Positions 52,165 to 61,076 of a stretch of 64,000 nt of DNA are shown here, piece by piece; the stretch's first letter is position 1; every line of letters begins with the position of its first letter. The position numbers and the translations under genes are program-made. This DNA is from an uncultured Eubacteriales bacterium (GTDB lineage Bacteria; Bacillota; Clostridia; Oscillospirales; UBA644): NCBI GenBank assembly GCA_900547165.1, contig URFZ01000002.1:76247-140246 (forward strand), read 5' to 3'. Under the pieces are notes generated by a model, which saw only the letters and a list, made by a program, of their open reading frames with translations, was not told where the DNA came from and ran no database searches.

Positions 52165-53430
52165 TTATATTGCGTATTTTTCGTACTTCTGAGCGTCTTT
52201 GCCCAAGACGACTTTAACCTTTATTCCCTCCTGAACATATTCTTCGGAGATAACGTCGTGCCTGTCATGCAATTCGCTTATGACGCCTGCGTCGGAATAG
52301 GGGACAAGGAGCGTATACTTTTTCGACGGAACGAGCCTGTCAAGCAGCTTTTGCCGCAGATCGTCAAGCCCATCTCCCGTTTTTGCGCTGACCCAACATA
52401 CCTCGTCCGTGAAAAGGTCGGGCGGGATAACAACGGTTCTGTTTCTCGGAATAAGGTCGTTTTTGTTGAAGACGATAAAAGACGGTTTGCTTTCCGCACC
52501 GAGGTCGGCAAGTATCTTTCGGACAACTCTTATTTGACTTTCCGCTTCGGGGTCGGAATAATCGACGACAAGTAAAAGCACATCCGCATATATGGACTCT
52601 TCAAGGGTCGAGCGGAACGCCTTGACGAGCGCTGTCGGAAGTTTTCTTATAAAGCCGACGGTATCGACCAACAACACTTCGCGGTTATCGTCTGTTTTAA
52701 GTTTGCGCACGGTCGGGTCAAGCGTGGCGAACAGTTGGTTCATCACATACACGTCCGCGCCGTCGCAAAGCGCGTTCATCAGCGAGGATTTGCCCGCATT
52801 GGTGTAGCCGACGAGCGCCGCCGTGGGCGTGCCCTCTTTTTCGCGTCTGCGCCTGTTCTGCTCACGTCGTTTTTCAACTTCGGCAAGTTCCTGCTCAATG
52901 TGAGTTATTCGGCGCTGTATGTGACGTTTGTCCGTTTCGAGTTTCGTTTCTCCCGGACCTCTCGTGCCTATGCCTCCGCCGAGACGCGAAAGCGCTTTGC
53001 CCATGCCTTGCAGGCGCGGCAGACGGTACTTCAACTGCGCCAATTCGACTTGCAGTTTGCCCTCGGTCGAACGTGCGCGCTGTGCGAAAATATCAAGTAT
53101 CAGCGTCGTTCTGTCTATCACGCGGCAGTCGAGAATCTCTTCAAGTTCGCGTACCTGCGAACCTTTGAGTTCATCGTCTGCAATGGCGAGGTTGACGCCG
53201 TTATTTTTTACAAATTCGGCTATTTCCTCTGCTTTTCCGCGTCCTATATAAGTTGCGGCCTCCTGTTTTTCGCGGCGTTGAAGCGCTTTTGCGGCAACTT
53301 CTATGCCTGCCGTGTCGCAAAGTCTTTCAAGTTCGTCAAGCGAAATTTCCGCTTCGCCGTCATCCGTGTCAAGACCTATCAGAACCGCGACGTCTTTTTC
53401 TTCATCCTGTGTAAGATATATTTCAGCCAT
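52165..53430 (-). CDS. hflX: GTPase HflX
   Basis: Start at MAEIYLTQ (ATG 53430). YIGRGKAEEI, GPGETKLE, G1 GYTNAGKSSL, DTVGFI, NKND. The 647-aa ORF-track extension was rejected. Confidence 0.9.
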   Translation of the reverse strand: MAEIYLTQDEEKDVAVLIGLDTDDGEAEISLDELERLCDTAGIEVAAKALQRREKQEAATYIGRGKAEEIAEFVKNNGVNLAIADDELKGSQVRELEEILDCRVIDRTTLILDIFAQRARSTEGKLQVELAQLKYRLPRLQGMGKALSRLGGGIGTRGPGETKLETDKRHIQRRITHIEQELAEVEKRREQNRRRREKEGTPTAALVGYTNAGKSSLMNALCDGADVYVMNQLFATLDPTVRKLKTDDNREVLLVDTVGFIRKLPTALVKAFRSTLEESIYADVLLLVVDYSDPEAESQIRVVRKILADLGAESKPSFIVFNKNDLIPRNRTVVIPPDLFTDEVCWVSAKTGDGLDDLRQKLLDRLVPSKKYTLLVPYSDAGVISELHDRHDVISEEYVQEGIKVKVVLGKDAQKYEKYAI

Positions 53431-53508
53431 AAATTTTTTTCTCCGTATAACAATTATCTGTATTTTACCACATTTATATAAAAATTTCAAGCAGTTGAGA
53501 GGTATTTT

Positions 53509-54624
53509 ATGAACGCGAGACAAAAAGGAAAAATAGATCTGTTTTTCGGCGGACTTGCGTCGAAATTTGAGTCTTCCCGCGAATTTTTTGTTGGATTGAC
53601 ATGGAAGACGGTTTCTGGCAGAAAGGAATATAACGGAAGCACCGCGCTCCGTGACGGAAAACTTGTTTACAGTTTTGCCGGAACGAAAGAGTACGACGAT
53701 ATGCGCACATTGCTTTCCGACCTCTGTGCCGTTATCCTGCAATATGACAGTGCCGTTGTCGAATACCGCGAACGCGGTCACGGTTGCCGAGTATTGATAG
53801 ACGACAGAAACGTCAAACTTGAAAATTTTGAGATAAAAGAAGAGATCTCCGAGACGCATGGACTGAAAAACAAAGAATACAACATCGATCTTGCAAAAGC
53901 AGCACCGCTGCTGAAACGTCTCGGTTTTATGACCGCCGACGGCAAAATCAAGAACGATATGATAAGAAAATACAACCAGACCGACCGCTTTCTTGACCTC
54001 GTCGGCGGAATGTTTGACGGAATGAACGACATAACCGTTGTCGATTGCGCCTGCGGAAAATCGTATCTTTCGTTTATTCTTAACTATTATCTTTGGGAAC
54101 AGCGCCACGTCCGCGCAAAATTCATCGGCGTAGACATAAAACCGAACGTTATAGAGGAAAGTAACAAGTTAGCCGCGGATCTCGGCTATAACAATATGCG
54201 CTTTGTCTGCGAAGATCTGCGAACATACGATGCGCCCCGCGCCGACGCGGTTATTTCTCTTCACGCCTGCGACGTCGCAACGGATATGGCTCTCGGATTT
54301 GCCATAAGACATAACGCAAAGAACATAATCTGCGTGCCGTGCTGTCACAAAGAACTGCTTGACGCATACAAAAAGCCTGACCTTGACCCCATAATCAAGC
54401 ACGGCGTTTTCCGCGCAAGGCTCAACGATATTCTGACTGACGGACTGCGTTGTCTTAAACTTGAAGCCTGCGGTTACAAGGTCTCCTGCGTCGAATACTG
54501 TTCTCCCCTCGATACGCCCAAGAACCTGCTTATCAAGGCAAAAAAAAGTCTCCGACGGCGACCCGAAAGCGGAGGCGGAATATCGTCGCCTGCTGTCGGA
54601 ACTCGGCGTTCGCCCGTCAATTGA
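53509..54624 (+). CDS. class I SAM-dependent methyltransferase (Methyltransf_32-like); C-terminus probably frameshifted at an A8 run
   Basis: VVDCACGKSYLSFIL (SAM motif I), ISLHACD, CVPCCHKEL. After the A8 run at 54540-54547 the annotated frame reads low-plausibility SLRRRPESGGGISSPAVG. The next frame reads KKVSDGDPKAEAEYRRLLSELGVRPSIEYY and runs to 54652. Confidence 0.7.
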   Translation: MNARQKGKIDLFFGGLASKFESSREFFVGLTWKTVSGRKEYNGSTALRDGKLVYSFAGTKEYDDMRTLLSDLCAVILQYDSAVVEYRERGHGCRVLIDDRNVKLENFEIKEEISETHGLKNKEYNIDLAKAAPLLKRLGFMTADGKIKNDMIRKYNQTDRFLDLVGGMFDGMNDITVVDCACGKSYLSFILNYYLWEQRHVRAKFIGVDIKPNVIEESNKLAADLGYNNMRFVCEDLRTYDAPRADAVISLHACDVATDMALGFAIRHNAKNIICVPCCHKELLDAYKKPDLDPIIKHGVFRARLNDILTDGLRCLKLEACGYKVSCVEYCSPLDTPKNLLIKAKKSLRRRPESGGGISSPAVGTRRSPVN

Positions 54625-54683
54625 GTATTATTCGGTCAAATGCGATGACTGACTTTCGTTTGAAAAAAGTAAGACGATATAAT

Positions 54684-54715
54684 AAAAACCGAGCGGTTTC
54701 TCCGCTCGGTTTTTT
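54684..54715. terminator. bidirectional intrinsic terminator
   Basis: aaaaa-ccgagcgg-tttct-ccgctcgg-tttttt. Confidence 0.8.
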
Positions 54716-54733
54716 GCCGGTCGTATGTTATGT

Positions 54734-55576
54734 TTAATAGAAGATTTCACGCAGGGAGAGGTTCGTGCCGTTTATGCGCAGGGAAAGGGTCGTCTTTTTG
54801 ACTACCGTTGCGCCGCCTGCGGTATAATCCGTCCATTTTTCCGTGACCGTTGCGGAAACGGTATAGTTTTCTTCGTCGAAAGTCACGGATTCAATGGTGT
54901 AATGGTCAAGGCTTGCCGCGCCTTCATCGCCTGCTGTCGAGGGGATAAGATAATATCCGCTCTTTGTGTATCCGCTTTCGATAGAGCCCGCAAAAGAAAA
55001 TCTTCCGCTTCCGAAAATCTCATTGACCGACTGCTGTATTTTCGATACGCTGACAGCCGAATATGTTTTTGTCTGCGATGTTGCGGAAAGGTATTGCGCT
55101 TCGGCTTCCGTCAGAATGCTGCCTGACGTTTCTTTTCCGTTTTCGAGAGTTACCTGTGTGCCGATCTTGTAAAGCTTCGATTCAAGAAAACTCGGCGCTC
55201 TGTAAGAGCCGTTTGCATCTTTTCTCGGGAACACGCTGCCATACTGCGACGGGCTTGTTATGTTGAGTTCCTTGAAACGGTAAAGGTCGTATTTGCCGTA
55301 AACCATATTGACGTAGTTTTTCACGTCTTCTTCGGAAACGGGCCAATCCTGTATGACGGGCGCGGTCGTAGGTTCATCGTCCGGTGTTTCATCGGGAACG
55401 GTTGTCTGTGTATTGTTCGGATTTTCCGTCTCGGGCGGAATGTTTGTTGCCGGCTGTGTCGAGGGCTGCTCCTGTTCCGTCGTAACGGTCGGCGTAGAGT
55501 CGGATTTATCGCCGCAAGCCGCCAAAAAAGACAGACAAAACGCCGCGCAAAGAAGTGCGATAACAATTTTTTTCAT
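54734..55576 (-). CDS. lipoprotein of unknown function (paralog A)
   Basis: Lipobox SFLAAC. Thr/Pro/Glu-rich linker. Start at ATG 55576. Confidence 0.6.
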   Translation of the reverse strand: MKKIVIALLCAAFCLSFLAACGDKSDSTPTVTTEQEQPSTQPATNIPPETENPNNTQTTVPDETPDDEPTTAPVIQDWPVSEEDVKNYVNMVYGKYDLYRFKELNITSPSQYGSVFPRKDANGSYRAPSFLESKLYKIGTQVTLENGKETSGSILTEAEAQYLSATSQTKTYSAVSVSKIQQSVNEIFGSGRFSFAGSIESGYTKSGYYLIPSTAGDEGAASLDHYTIESVTFDEENYTVSATVTEKWTDYTAGGATVVKKTTLSLRINGTNLSLREIFY

Positions 55577-55704
55577 TGTAAAAAATCTCCTTTCTCTTTT
55601 TCGGAGTTCGTCTGTATTATATGATGAAATTTCCAAAATGTCAATACATTTCATATTAAAGTCGCTCATGTGCGTGTTTAAGTTCGAAATTGAGCTGCGA
55701 CTTG

Positions 55705-55733
55705 ATAAAAACGCCCGCGGCAGATACCGCGGG
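55705..55733 (-). terminator. intrinsic terminator after paralog B
   Basis: Stem cccgcgg/ccgcggg, followed on the minus strand by cgtttttatc. Confidence 0.6.
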
Positions 55734-55741
55734 ACACGAGT

Positions 55742-56461
55742 TTAATCGAATATGACGTTTTCCAAATAAAGGAATCCTTTTTCATAGCCGATAATATATG
55801 TCGTCTTTACCGAAACATCACGGCAGACGCCGTCGCTGCCGACCTCCTGCCAGTTTTCCGAAACAGAGACCGATGCGCCACTTTCGTTAATTCGGCTGTT
55901 TGATATACTGTAATCCTTAAGAGCCAAAACAGCATCTCCTCCGCGACCTCCCGGCATAACGTAGTATCCGCTTTCGGTACAGTTGTTTTCGATGCCTCCG
56001 GAAATTTGATACTTATCGCTGCCGAATATTTCATTTACCGCTTTTTGAACTTCTGAAATTTTGATTGCCGAAAAATAAGGAATGCCATACGTTTTGTCAA
56101 AAAAATCCTCTTCGCCGTCCGTGAGGATTCCGTCCGCATCTTCGTGAATATTGAATTCTTTTCCTGCTAAATAGAAATAGTTATCCAAAAAGTATGGGAG
56201 GACGTACGAATTCTCCGATTTTTGCGGGAAGATGCTTTTCGGGGAACGGATATTCCATTCTCTGCTTCTGTATATCTCATATTTATCATACAGATTTGAA
56301 ACAAAAGCTGCCGCGTCTTTCTCCGAAACGGGATTTGTCGATGTCGTTTGTTCCTCGGTGTTTGCCGGCGCTGTATTCTCTTGTTGATTTTTGCCTTTGC
56401 AACCCGCAATTAAACAGATGCAAAAAATCAGCGTGAATAATAAATAAAAAGATTTTTTCAT
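55742..56461 (-). CDS. lipoprotein of unknown function (paralog B)
   Basis: Lipobox LIAGC. Shares VNEIFGS, ESGYY and Y(D/E)(L/I)YR...NI(T/R)SP with paralog A. Confidence 0.6.
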   Translation of the reverse strand: MKKSFYLLFTLIFCICLIAGCKGKNQQENTAPANTEEQTTSTNPVSEKDAAAFVSNLYDKYEIYRSREWNIRSPKSIFPQKSENSYVLPYFLDNYFYLAGKEFNIHEDADGILTDGEEDFFDKTYGIPYFSAIKISEVQKAVNEIFGSDKYQISGGIENNCTESGYYVMPGGRGGDAVLALKDYSISNSRINESGASVSVSENWQEVGSDGVCRDVSVKTTYIIGYEKGFLYLENVIFD

Positions 56462-56540
56462 GATACTTATAGTCCTTTCTTCTGTTTGTGCCTGCATTAT
56501 AACGCTGAAAATGTTAAAAGTCAACGCTCTTTTTGTTAAA

Positions 56541-56586
56541 TAAAAATAAATTCCGCACGGGATTTCCGTGCGGAATTTATTTTTTA
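56541..56586. terminator. bidirectional intrinsic terminator after clpX
   Basis: 13-bp stem aaattccgcacgg/ccgtgcggaattt flanked by A and T tracts. Confidence 0.8.
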
Positions 56587-56617
56587 CAGATTGATTTTTA
56601 TAAGTTTCGACTTTCGC

Positions 56618-57850
56618 TCATCGTTCCACTATGGGAGCCGCTTTGTCCGTTATGCATGCGGGCGTTACGATAACCTTTTTGATGGTCTTGTCCGACGGAA
56701 CGTCGAACATTATCTTTGTTATCGCGCCCTCGACTATTGAGCGAAGACCTCTTGCGCCCGTGTTGCGCTCTGCCGCACGGCGCGCTATCGCGTCTATCGC
56801 TTCGTCGGTGAATTCAAGCGTTACGCCGTCCATCGCCAAAAGCGCTTTATACTGTCTTATCAGCGAGTTTTTCGGCTCGGTCAGTATCTTTTTCAACGCT
56901 TCCGCATCAAGTTTGTCAACGGTTACGACATCGGGGATTCTGCCGACAAGTTCGGGAATAAGTCCGAATTTTATCAGGTCATGCGCTTCGCATTTACGAA
57001 GATAATAGGACGAATCCTCTTCTTTTTTGCTCTTTATGTCGGAGCCGAAGCCTATTGCGTTGCCCGAAAGTCTCTTTTGAATTATCTTGTCAAGCCCCTC
57101 GAATGCGCCGCCGCAGATAAAGAGGATATTCTGCGTGTTGACAGGTATGCACTCCTGATTCGGGTGCTTTCTGCCGCCCTGCGGGGGAACGTTCGCAACC
57201 GTGCCTTCGAGAATTTTCAGAAGCGCCTGCTGCACGCCCTCGCCCGAAACGTCGCGGGTTATGGACGGGTTTTCGCTCTTACGCGTTATCTTGTCTATCT
57301 CGTCAACATATATTATGCCGTATTCCGCGGTCTCCGTGTCCATGTCTGCCGCTTGAAGCAGTCGCAAAAGAATGTTTTCCACATCTTCTCCGACATATCC
57401 CGCCTCGGTCAGTGTTGTTGCGTCCGCTATCGCGAACGGAACGTTAAGCGTCTTTGCAAGAATCTGCGCCATAAGCGTTTTTCCGCTGCCCGTGGGACCG
57501 AGAACAAGAACGTTTGATTTCTGTATCTCAACGTCTTCATCGTGCGGGTCACGCTTTGAAAATACGCGCTTGTAGTGGTTGTAGACCGCAACGGAAAGCA
57601 TTATCTTTGCTTCGTCCTGCCCGATAACGTATTCGTCGAGTACCGCTTTTATCTCCGCGGGAGTTTTTATCTCGATATTCTTTTTCTTTGCTTCCGATTT
57701 TGCTTTTTTGAAACCTTTCAGATATTCGCCGCAAATTTCAACGCACTCGTCACAGATATATACACCCTCGTACATACTTGCGATAAAACGCTTGTCCTTG
57801 TCGTCATCGGTCGCCCCGCAAAAGGCGCATTGCTTTTTTTCTTCTGCCAT
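56618..57850 (-). CDS. clpX: ATP-dependent Clp protease ATP-binding subunit ClpX
   Basis: Zinc finger CAFCG...CDEC, Walker [28 protein letters not shown] at 57850 preferred over the TTG at 57856. Confidence 0.95.
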   Translation of the reverse strand: MAEEKKQCAFCGATDDDKDKRFIASMYEGVYICDECVEICGEYLKGFKKAKSEAKKKNIEIKTPAEIKAVLDEYVIGQDEAKIMLSVAVYNHYKRVFSKRDPHDEDVEIQKSNVLVLGPTGSGKTLMAQILAKTLNVPFAIADATTLTEAGYVGEDVENILLRLLQAADMDTETAEYGIIYVDEIDKITRKSENPSITRDVSGEGVQQALLKILEGTVANVPPQGGRKHPNQECIPVNTQNILFICGGAFEGLDKIIQKRLSGNAIGFGSDIKSKKEEDSSYYLRKCEAHDLIKFGLIPELVGRIPDVVTVDKLDAEALKKILTEPKNSLIRQYKALLAMDGVTLEFTDEAIDAIARRAAERNTGARGLRSIVEGAITKIMFDVPSDKTIKKVIVTPACITDKAAPIVER

Positions 57851-57869
57851 ATACAATTACCTTTCGGGG

Positions 57870-58454
57870 TTATCTTTTTGTTACGACTTTGTCTATCAGG
57901 CCGTATTCGCAAGCCGCAGCTGCAGTCATGAAGTTGTCTCTGTCGGTGTCCTTTTCGATAACTTCGAGCGGTTTGCCCGTGTTTTCGGAAAGTATTCTGT
58001 TGAGATCCGCTTTGATGCGGAGAATGTTGTCTGCGTGGATCTTGATGTCCGTTGCCTGTCCCTGGAATCCGCCGAGAGGCTGGTGAATCATTATCTCGCT
58101 GTTGGGAAGCGCATAACGCTTGCCCTTTGCGCCGCTCGAAAGCAGGAACGCGCCCATACTTGCCGCAAGACCTATGCAGGTCGTGCTGACGTCGCACTTG
58201 ATGTAATTCATTGTGTCATAGATAGCCATACCCGCGGTAACGCTTCCGCCGGGGCTGTTGATGTAAAGGTAAATATCTTTGTCGGGGTCAACGGATTCAA
58301 GATAAAGCAACTGTGCAACAACAAGGTTTGCGGTCGTGTCGTTTATTTCGTCCGTCAAAAATATGATTCTGTCGTTAAGAAGACGGGAGAATATATCGTA
58401 AGATCTTTCGCCTCTCGATGTCTGTTCAACGACATAGGGTACCAAACTGCTCAT
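57870..58454 (-). CDS. clpP: ATP-dependent Clp protease proteolytic subunit
   Basis: [19 protein letters not shown] (Ser), IMIHQP (His). ATG 58454 with GAGGAGG. Confidence 0.95.
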   Translation of the reverse strand: MSSLVPYVVEQTSRGERSYDIFSRLLNDRIIFLTDEINDTTANLVVAQLLYLESVDPDKDIYLYINSPGGSVTAGMAIYDTMNYIKCDVSTTCIGLAASMGAFLLSSGAKGKRYALPNSEIMIHQPLGGFQGQATDIKIHADNILRIKADLNRILSENTGKPLEVIEKDTDRDNFMTAAAACEYGLIDKVVTKR

Positions 58455-58546
58455 GTTTTCGCTCCTCCTCGGATTGATTTTTTTGAAAACGCAGGGGAAA
58501 GCCACAAGTGACCTCCCCCTCCGATTATACGCTTATATCAGACCGA

Positions 58547-60079
58547 TTATTCCTCGTCGGATTTCTTGGTCGTCTTTTTTGCTGCTGTCTTCTTTGCCGC
58601 AGGCTTCTTTTCGGCGGTTTCGCCGTCAGCCTTTTTAGCGGTTGTCTTCTTTGCCGCGGGCTTCTTTTCGGCGGTTTCGCCGTCAGCTTTTTTAGCGGTT
58701 GTCTTCTTTGCCGCGGGCTTCTTTTCGGCGGCTTCGCCGTCAGCCTTTTTAGCGGTGGTTTTCTTTGCCGCGGGCTTCTTTGCAGTCCTCTTCTCCGCTT
58801 TTTCTTCGGTTATCTCAGCCGCGTTTTTAACAGCTTCGAACGCCTTGCGAACAACGAGGTCTTTTGTGATGCTGTCGGTCAGGTAGTCGGACTTGATCTT
58901 GTCAACTTCCGCGCCGTAAGCCTTTGCGAGTTTGTCGTATTCCTCGTTGATGTCAGCCTCTTCAACGATAACTTTTTCTTCCGCCGCGATTTTTTCGAGA
59001 GCAAGACGGTCCTTAACGTCGCGAACCGCGCCGTCTCTGAACATATCTCTCATCTGCGCGGTGGTGGAGTTCATATATTTTGCGTAGGTGTCAAGGTTGA
59101 GTCCCTGGCTTCTGAGTCTCTGGTCAAAAGACTGCATCTGATAGTCGATTTCGGACTCATACATGCACTCGGGGATTTCGCCCTCTACAAGTTCCGCAAG
59201 TTTGTCGGAGATCTGCGCGTCAAGATCCGCTTCCGCCATCTCTTCTTTTCTCTTTGCTATCTTGTTCTTTATATCTTCGGTGAACTCAGCAAGAGTATCG
59301 AATTCGGAAACGTCTTTCGCGAAATCGTCGTCAAGAACAGGGAGTTCCTCAACTTTGATCTCGTGAAGTTTAATCTTGAACACAGCCGCTTTGTCTTTGA
59401 GCTCGTCGGTGTATTCTTCGGGGAACGTAACATTTACGTCGAACTCATCGCCGATGTTTTTGCCGACTATCTGCTCCTCAAAGCCGGGAATGAAACTGCC
59501 CGAGCCGAGCTTGAGCGCATAGCCCTCGGCTTTGCCGCCGTCAAACGCTTTGCCGTCAACGAAGCCCTCGAAGTCTATCGTTACGGTGTCGCCGTTCTGC
59601 GCCGCTCTGTCGTCAACATCGATAAGACGTGCCTGCTGTTTCTGATAATCCGCAAGTTCTTTCGCAACGTCCGCTTCGGTAACTTCAACGGATTTCTTGG
59701 TCAGTTTAAGACCCTTGTAACCCTTTATCTCTATCTCGGGTTTAACCGTAACGGTCGCTTTGAAGCGGAAGCCGTTCTCGCCGACTTCGAGAATCTCGAC
59801 ATTGGCTCTGTCAACCGGCTCTATCTTTGCTTCTTCAACAGCAGCCTTGTACGCTTCGGGATAAACTTCTTCCATCGCGTCGTCATAGAAAACTCCGGCG
59901 CCGTACATTCTCTCAACCATTTTTCTCGGCGCTTTGCCCTTGCGGAAGCCGGGAACGTTGAGTTTTTTTACATTCTTTCTGTAAGATTTTTCAACATCCG
60001 CTTCAAACTCGTCTGCGGGAACGCTGATTTCGAGTTCAACGACATTTTTTTCTTTGTTGGTAACTTTTTCAAGTTTCAT
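58547..60079 (-). CDS. tig: trigger factor with a ~80-aa Lys/Ala/Thr-rich repeat tail
   Basis: N-terminal ribosome-binding GFRKGKAPR, FKBP-type PPIase region, C-terminal arms, then AKKPAAKKTTAKKADGE(A/T)AEKKP reiterated. Confidence 0.9.
   Translation of the reverse strand: MKLEKVTNKEKNVVELEISVPADEFEADVEKSYRKNVKKLNVPGFRKGKAPRKMVERMYGAGVFYDDAMEEVYPEAYKAAVEEAKIEPVDRANVEILEVGENGFRFKATVTVKPEIEIKGYKGLKLTKKSVEVTEADVAKELADYQKQQARLIDVDDRAAQNGDTVTIDFEGFVDGKAFDGGKAEGYALKLGSGSFIPGFEEQIVGKNIGDEFDVNVTFPEEYTDELKDKAAVFKIKLHEIKVEELPVLDDDFAKDVSEFDTLAEFTEDIKNKIAKRKEEMAEADLDAQISDKLAELVEGEIPECMYESEIDYQMQSFDQRLRSQGLNLDTYAKYMNSTTAQMRDMFRDGAVRDVKDRLALEKIAAEEKVIVEEADINEEYDKLAKAYGAEVDKIKSDYLTDSITKDLVVRKAFEAVKNAAEITEEKAEKRTAKKPAAKKTTAKKADGEAAEKKPAAKKTTAKKADGETAEKKPAAKKTTAKKADGETAEKKPAAKKTAAKKTTKKSDEE
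58575..58790 (-). repeat. 57-bp tandem repeat (3 full copies at 58602, 58659 and 58716, plus partial flanks) inside the tig 3' end
   Basis: Unit ggcttcttttcggcggtttcgccgtcagcctttttagcggttgtcttctttgccgcg. Copies differ by a few substitutions. Confidence 0.9.
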
Positions 60080-60115
60080 GTTGACCTTGTCTCCTATTTT
60101 TTCACATTTACAGGG

Positions 60116-60144
60116 ATTATAGCATATTTAATATATAAAAGCAA
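60116..60144 (-). promoter_or_regulatory. tig promoter candidate
   Basis: Minus strand TTGCTT-17 nt-TATAAT with a TG extension (atatGCtataat). Confidence 0.45.
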
Positions 60145-60250
60145 TAGTAAATATATTTAATTTAAAAAAGGTTTAAAGTTTTGCCGCTATGCACAGGACA
60201 AAAACGGCGGAAAAAGACTTTCATACCGAAAAAATTGTTCGGTTATTCGG

Positions 60251-61075
60251 TTATATTTCCTGTCTTCTGAAAATGATGATTCCGAAAACAAATGCCGCCG
60301 CCATATAAACCGCGGAAACGGCAATCACGCGTATTGCCAATTCGGAAGTGAGGTTAGCAGACGTCCCGTTTATGATGTCGAATATGTTCATGTTGAGCGG
60401 AGAAGTCGCCTGAACATCGGAAAGACAACCCGAAAGCCAATAGTCCGAAAGACGGAATTTTTCGCTGTCTATCGCGGCGTCCGCAATCTTCAATAAAAGA
60501 GCCGTTATCTGCGGCGCAAAAATTCCGAACGCGATCGCAGCTGCGGTTTTTTTGACCGCTTTGGAAAACATATAAATAATCGCCGTGAGAGAAAGAACTA
60601 TAAGCAGCTGCAATAAAACCGCGTTCCAAAGTTCGGCATTGAATTTACCTATTCCCCAAAAAATGCTTCCGAATACAAATGCGGAAACACTTGATGCAAC
60701 AAAGACCAGAGCCGCTGCCGTCATTGAAACAAGAAACTCCGCCGTAAAAATCTTGCAGCGTGAAAATCCTGCGGAAACGACTGTTTTTATTGTTCCGCGC
60801 GAATATTCCGAACAAACGAATATTGCCGCAACTATCGCAATTACTATGTCTATATCTCCGAGTGAAGTCGCGTTTCTGAACGCTTCCGCACCCGTGTAGC
60901 CTATTCCGAAATAGGTGTCGACATCATTCATGTCCGATGTGATATTTGTCGCAATCTCTATAAGTTTGAATGCTCCGAGAGAAAGGAACGCAAGCGCCGC
61001 CGCGACAGCCATAAATATCCAAAAACTCTTTTGCCTGAACAGGCGTCTGTATTCAAATCTGAAAAGTTTTGTCAT
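60251..61075 (-). CDS. ABC-2-type exporter permease
   Basis: 6 TM. Start at MTKLFRFEYRRL (ATG 61075), next to the upstream ATPase stop. Confidence 0.7.
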   Translation of the reverse strand: MTKLFRFEYRRLFRQKSFWIFMAVAAALAFLSLGAFKLIEIATNITSDMNDVDTYFGIGYTGAEAFRNATSLGDIDIVIAIVAAIFVCSEYSRGTIKTVVSAGFSRCKIFTAEFLVSMTAAALVFVASSVSAFVFGSIFWGIGKFNAELWNAVLLQLLIVLSLTAIIYMFSKAVKKTAAAIAFGIFAPQITALLLKIADAAIDSEKFRLSDYWLSGCLSDVQATSPLNMNIFDIINGTSANLTSELAIRVIAVSAVYMAAAFVFGIIIFRRQEI

Positions 61076-61076
61076 A

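Noticed and set aside
53431-54108. A 226-aa N-terminal extension of the hflX ORF (ORF track 52165-54108).
   Set aside because: The extension overlaps the well-supported methyltransferase gene on the opposite strand and has junk-like sequence. The conserved HflX N-terminus starts at MAEIYLTQ, which has an RBS-like GGAG upstream.
58575-58790. Tandem repeats that could be mistaken for a CRISPR array or a minisatellite.
   Set aside because: The repeats are directly adjacent with no spacers, are in frame, and lie inside the tig coding sequence. No cas genes are present in the window.
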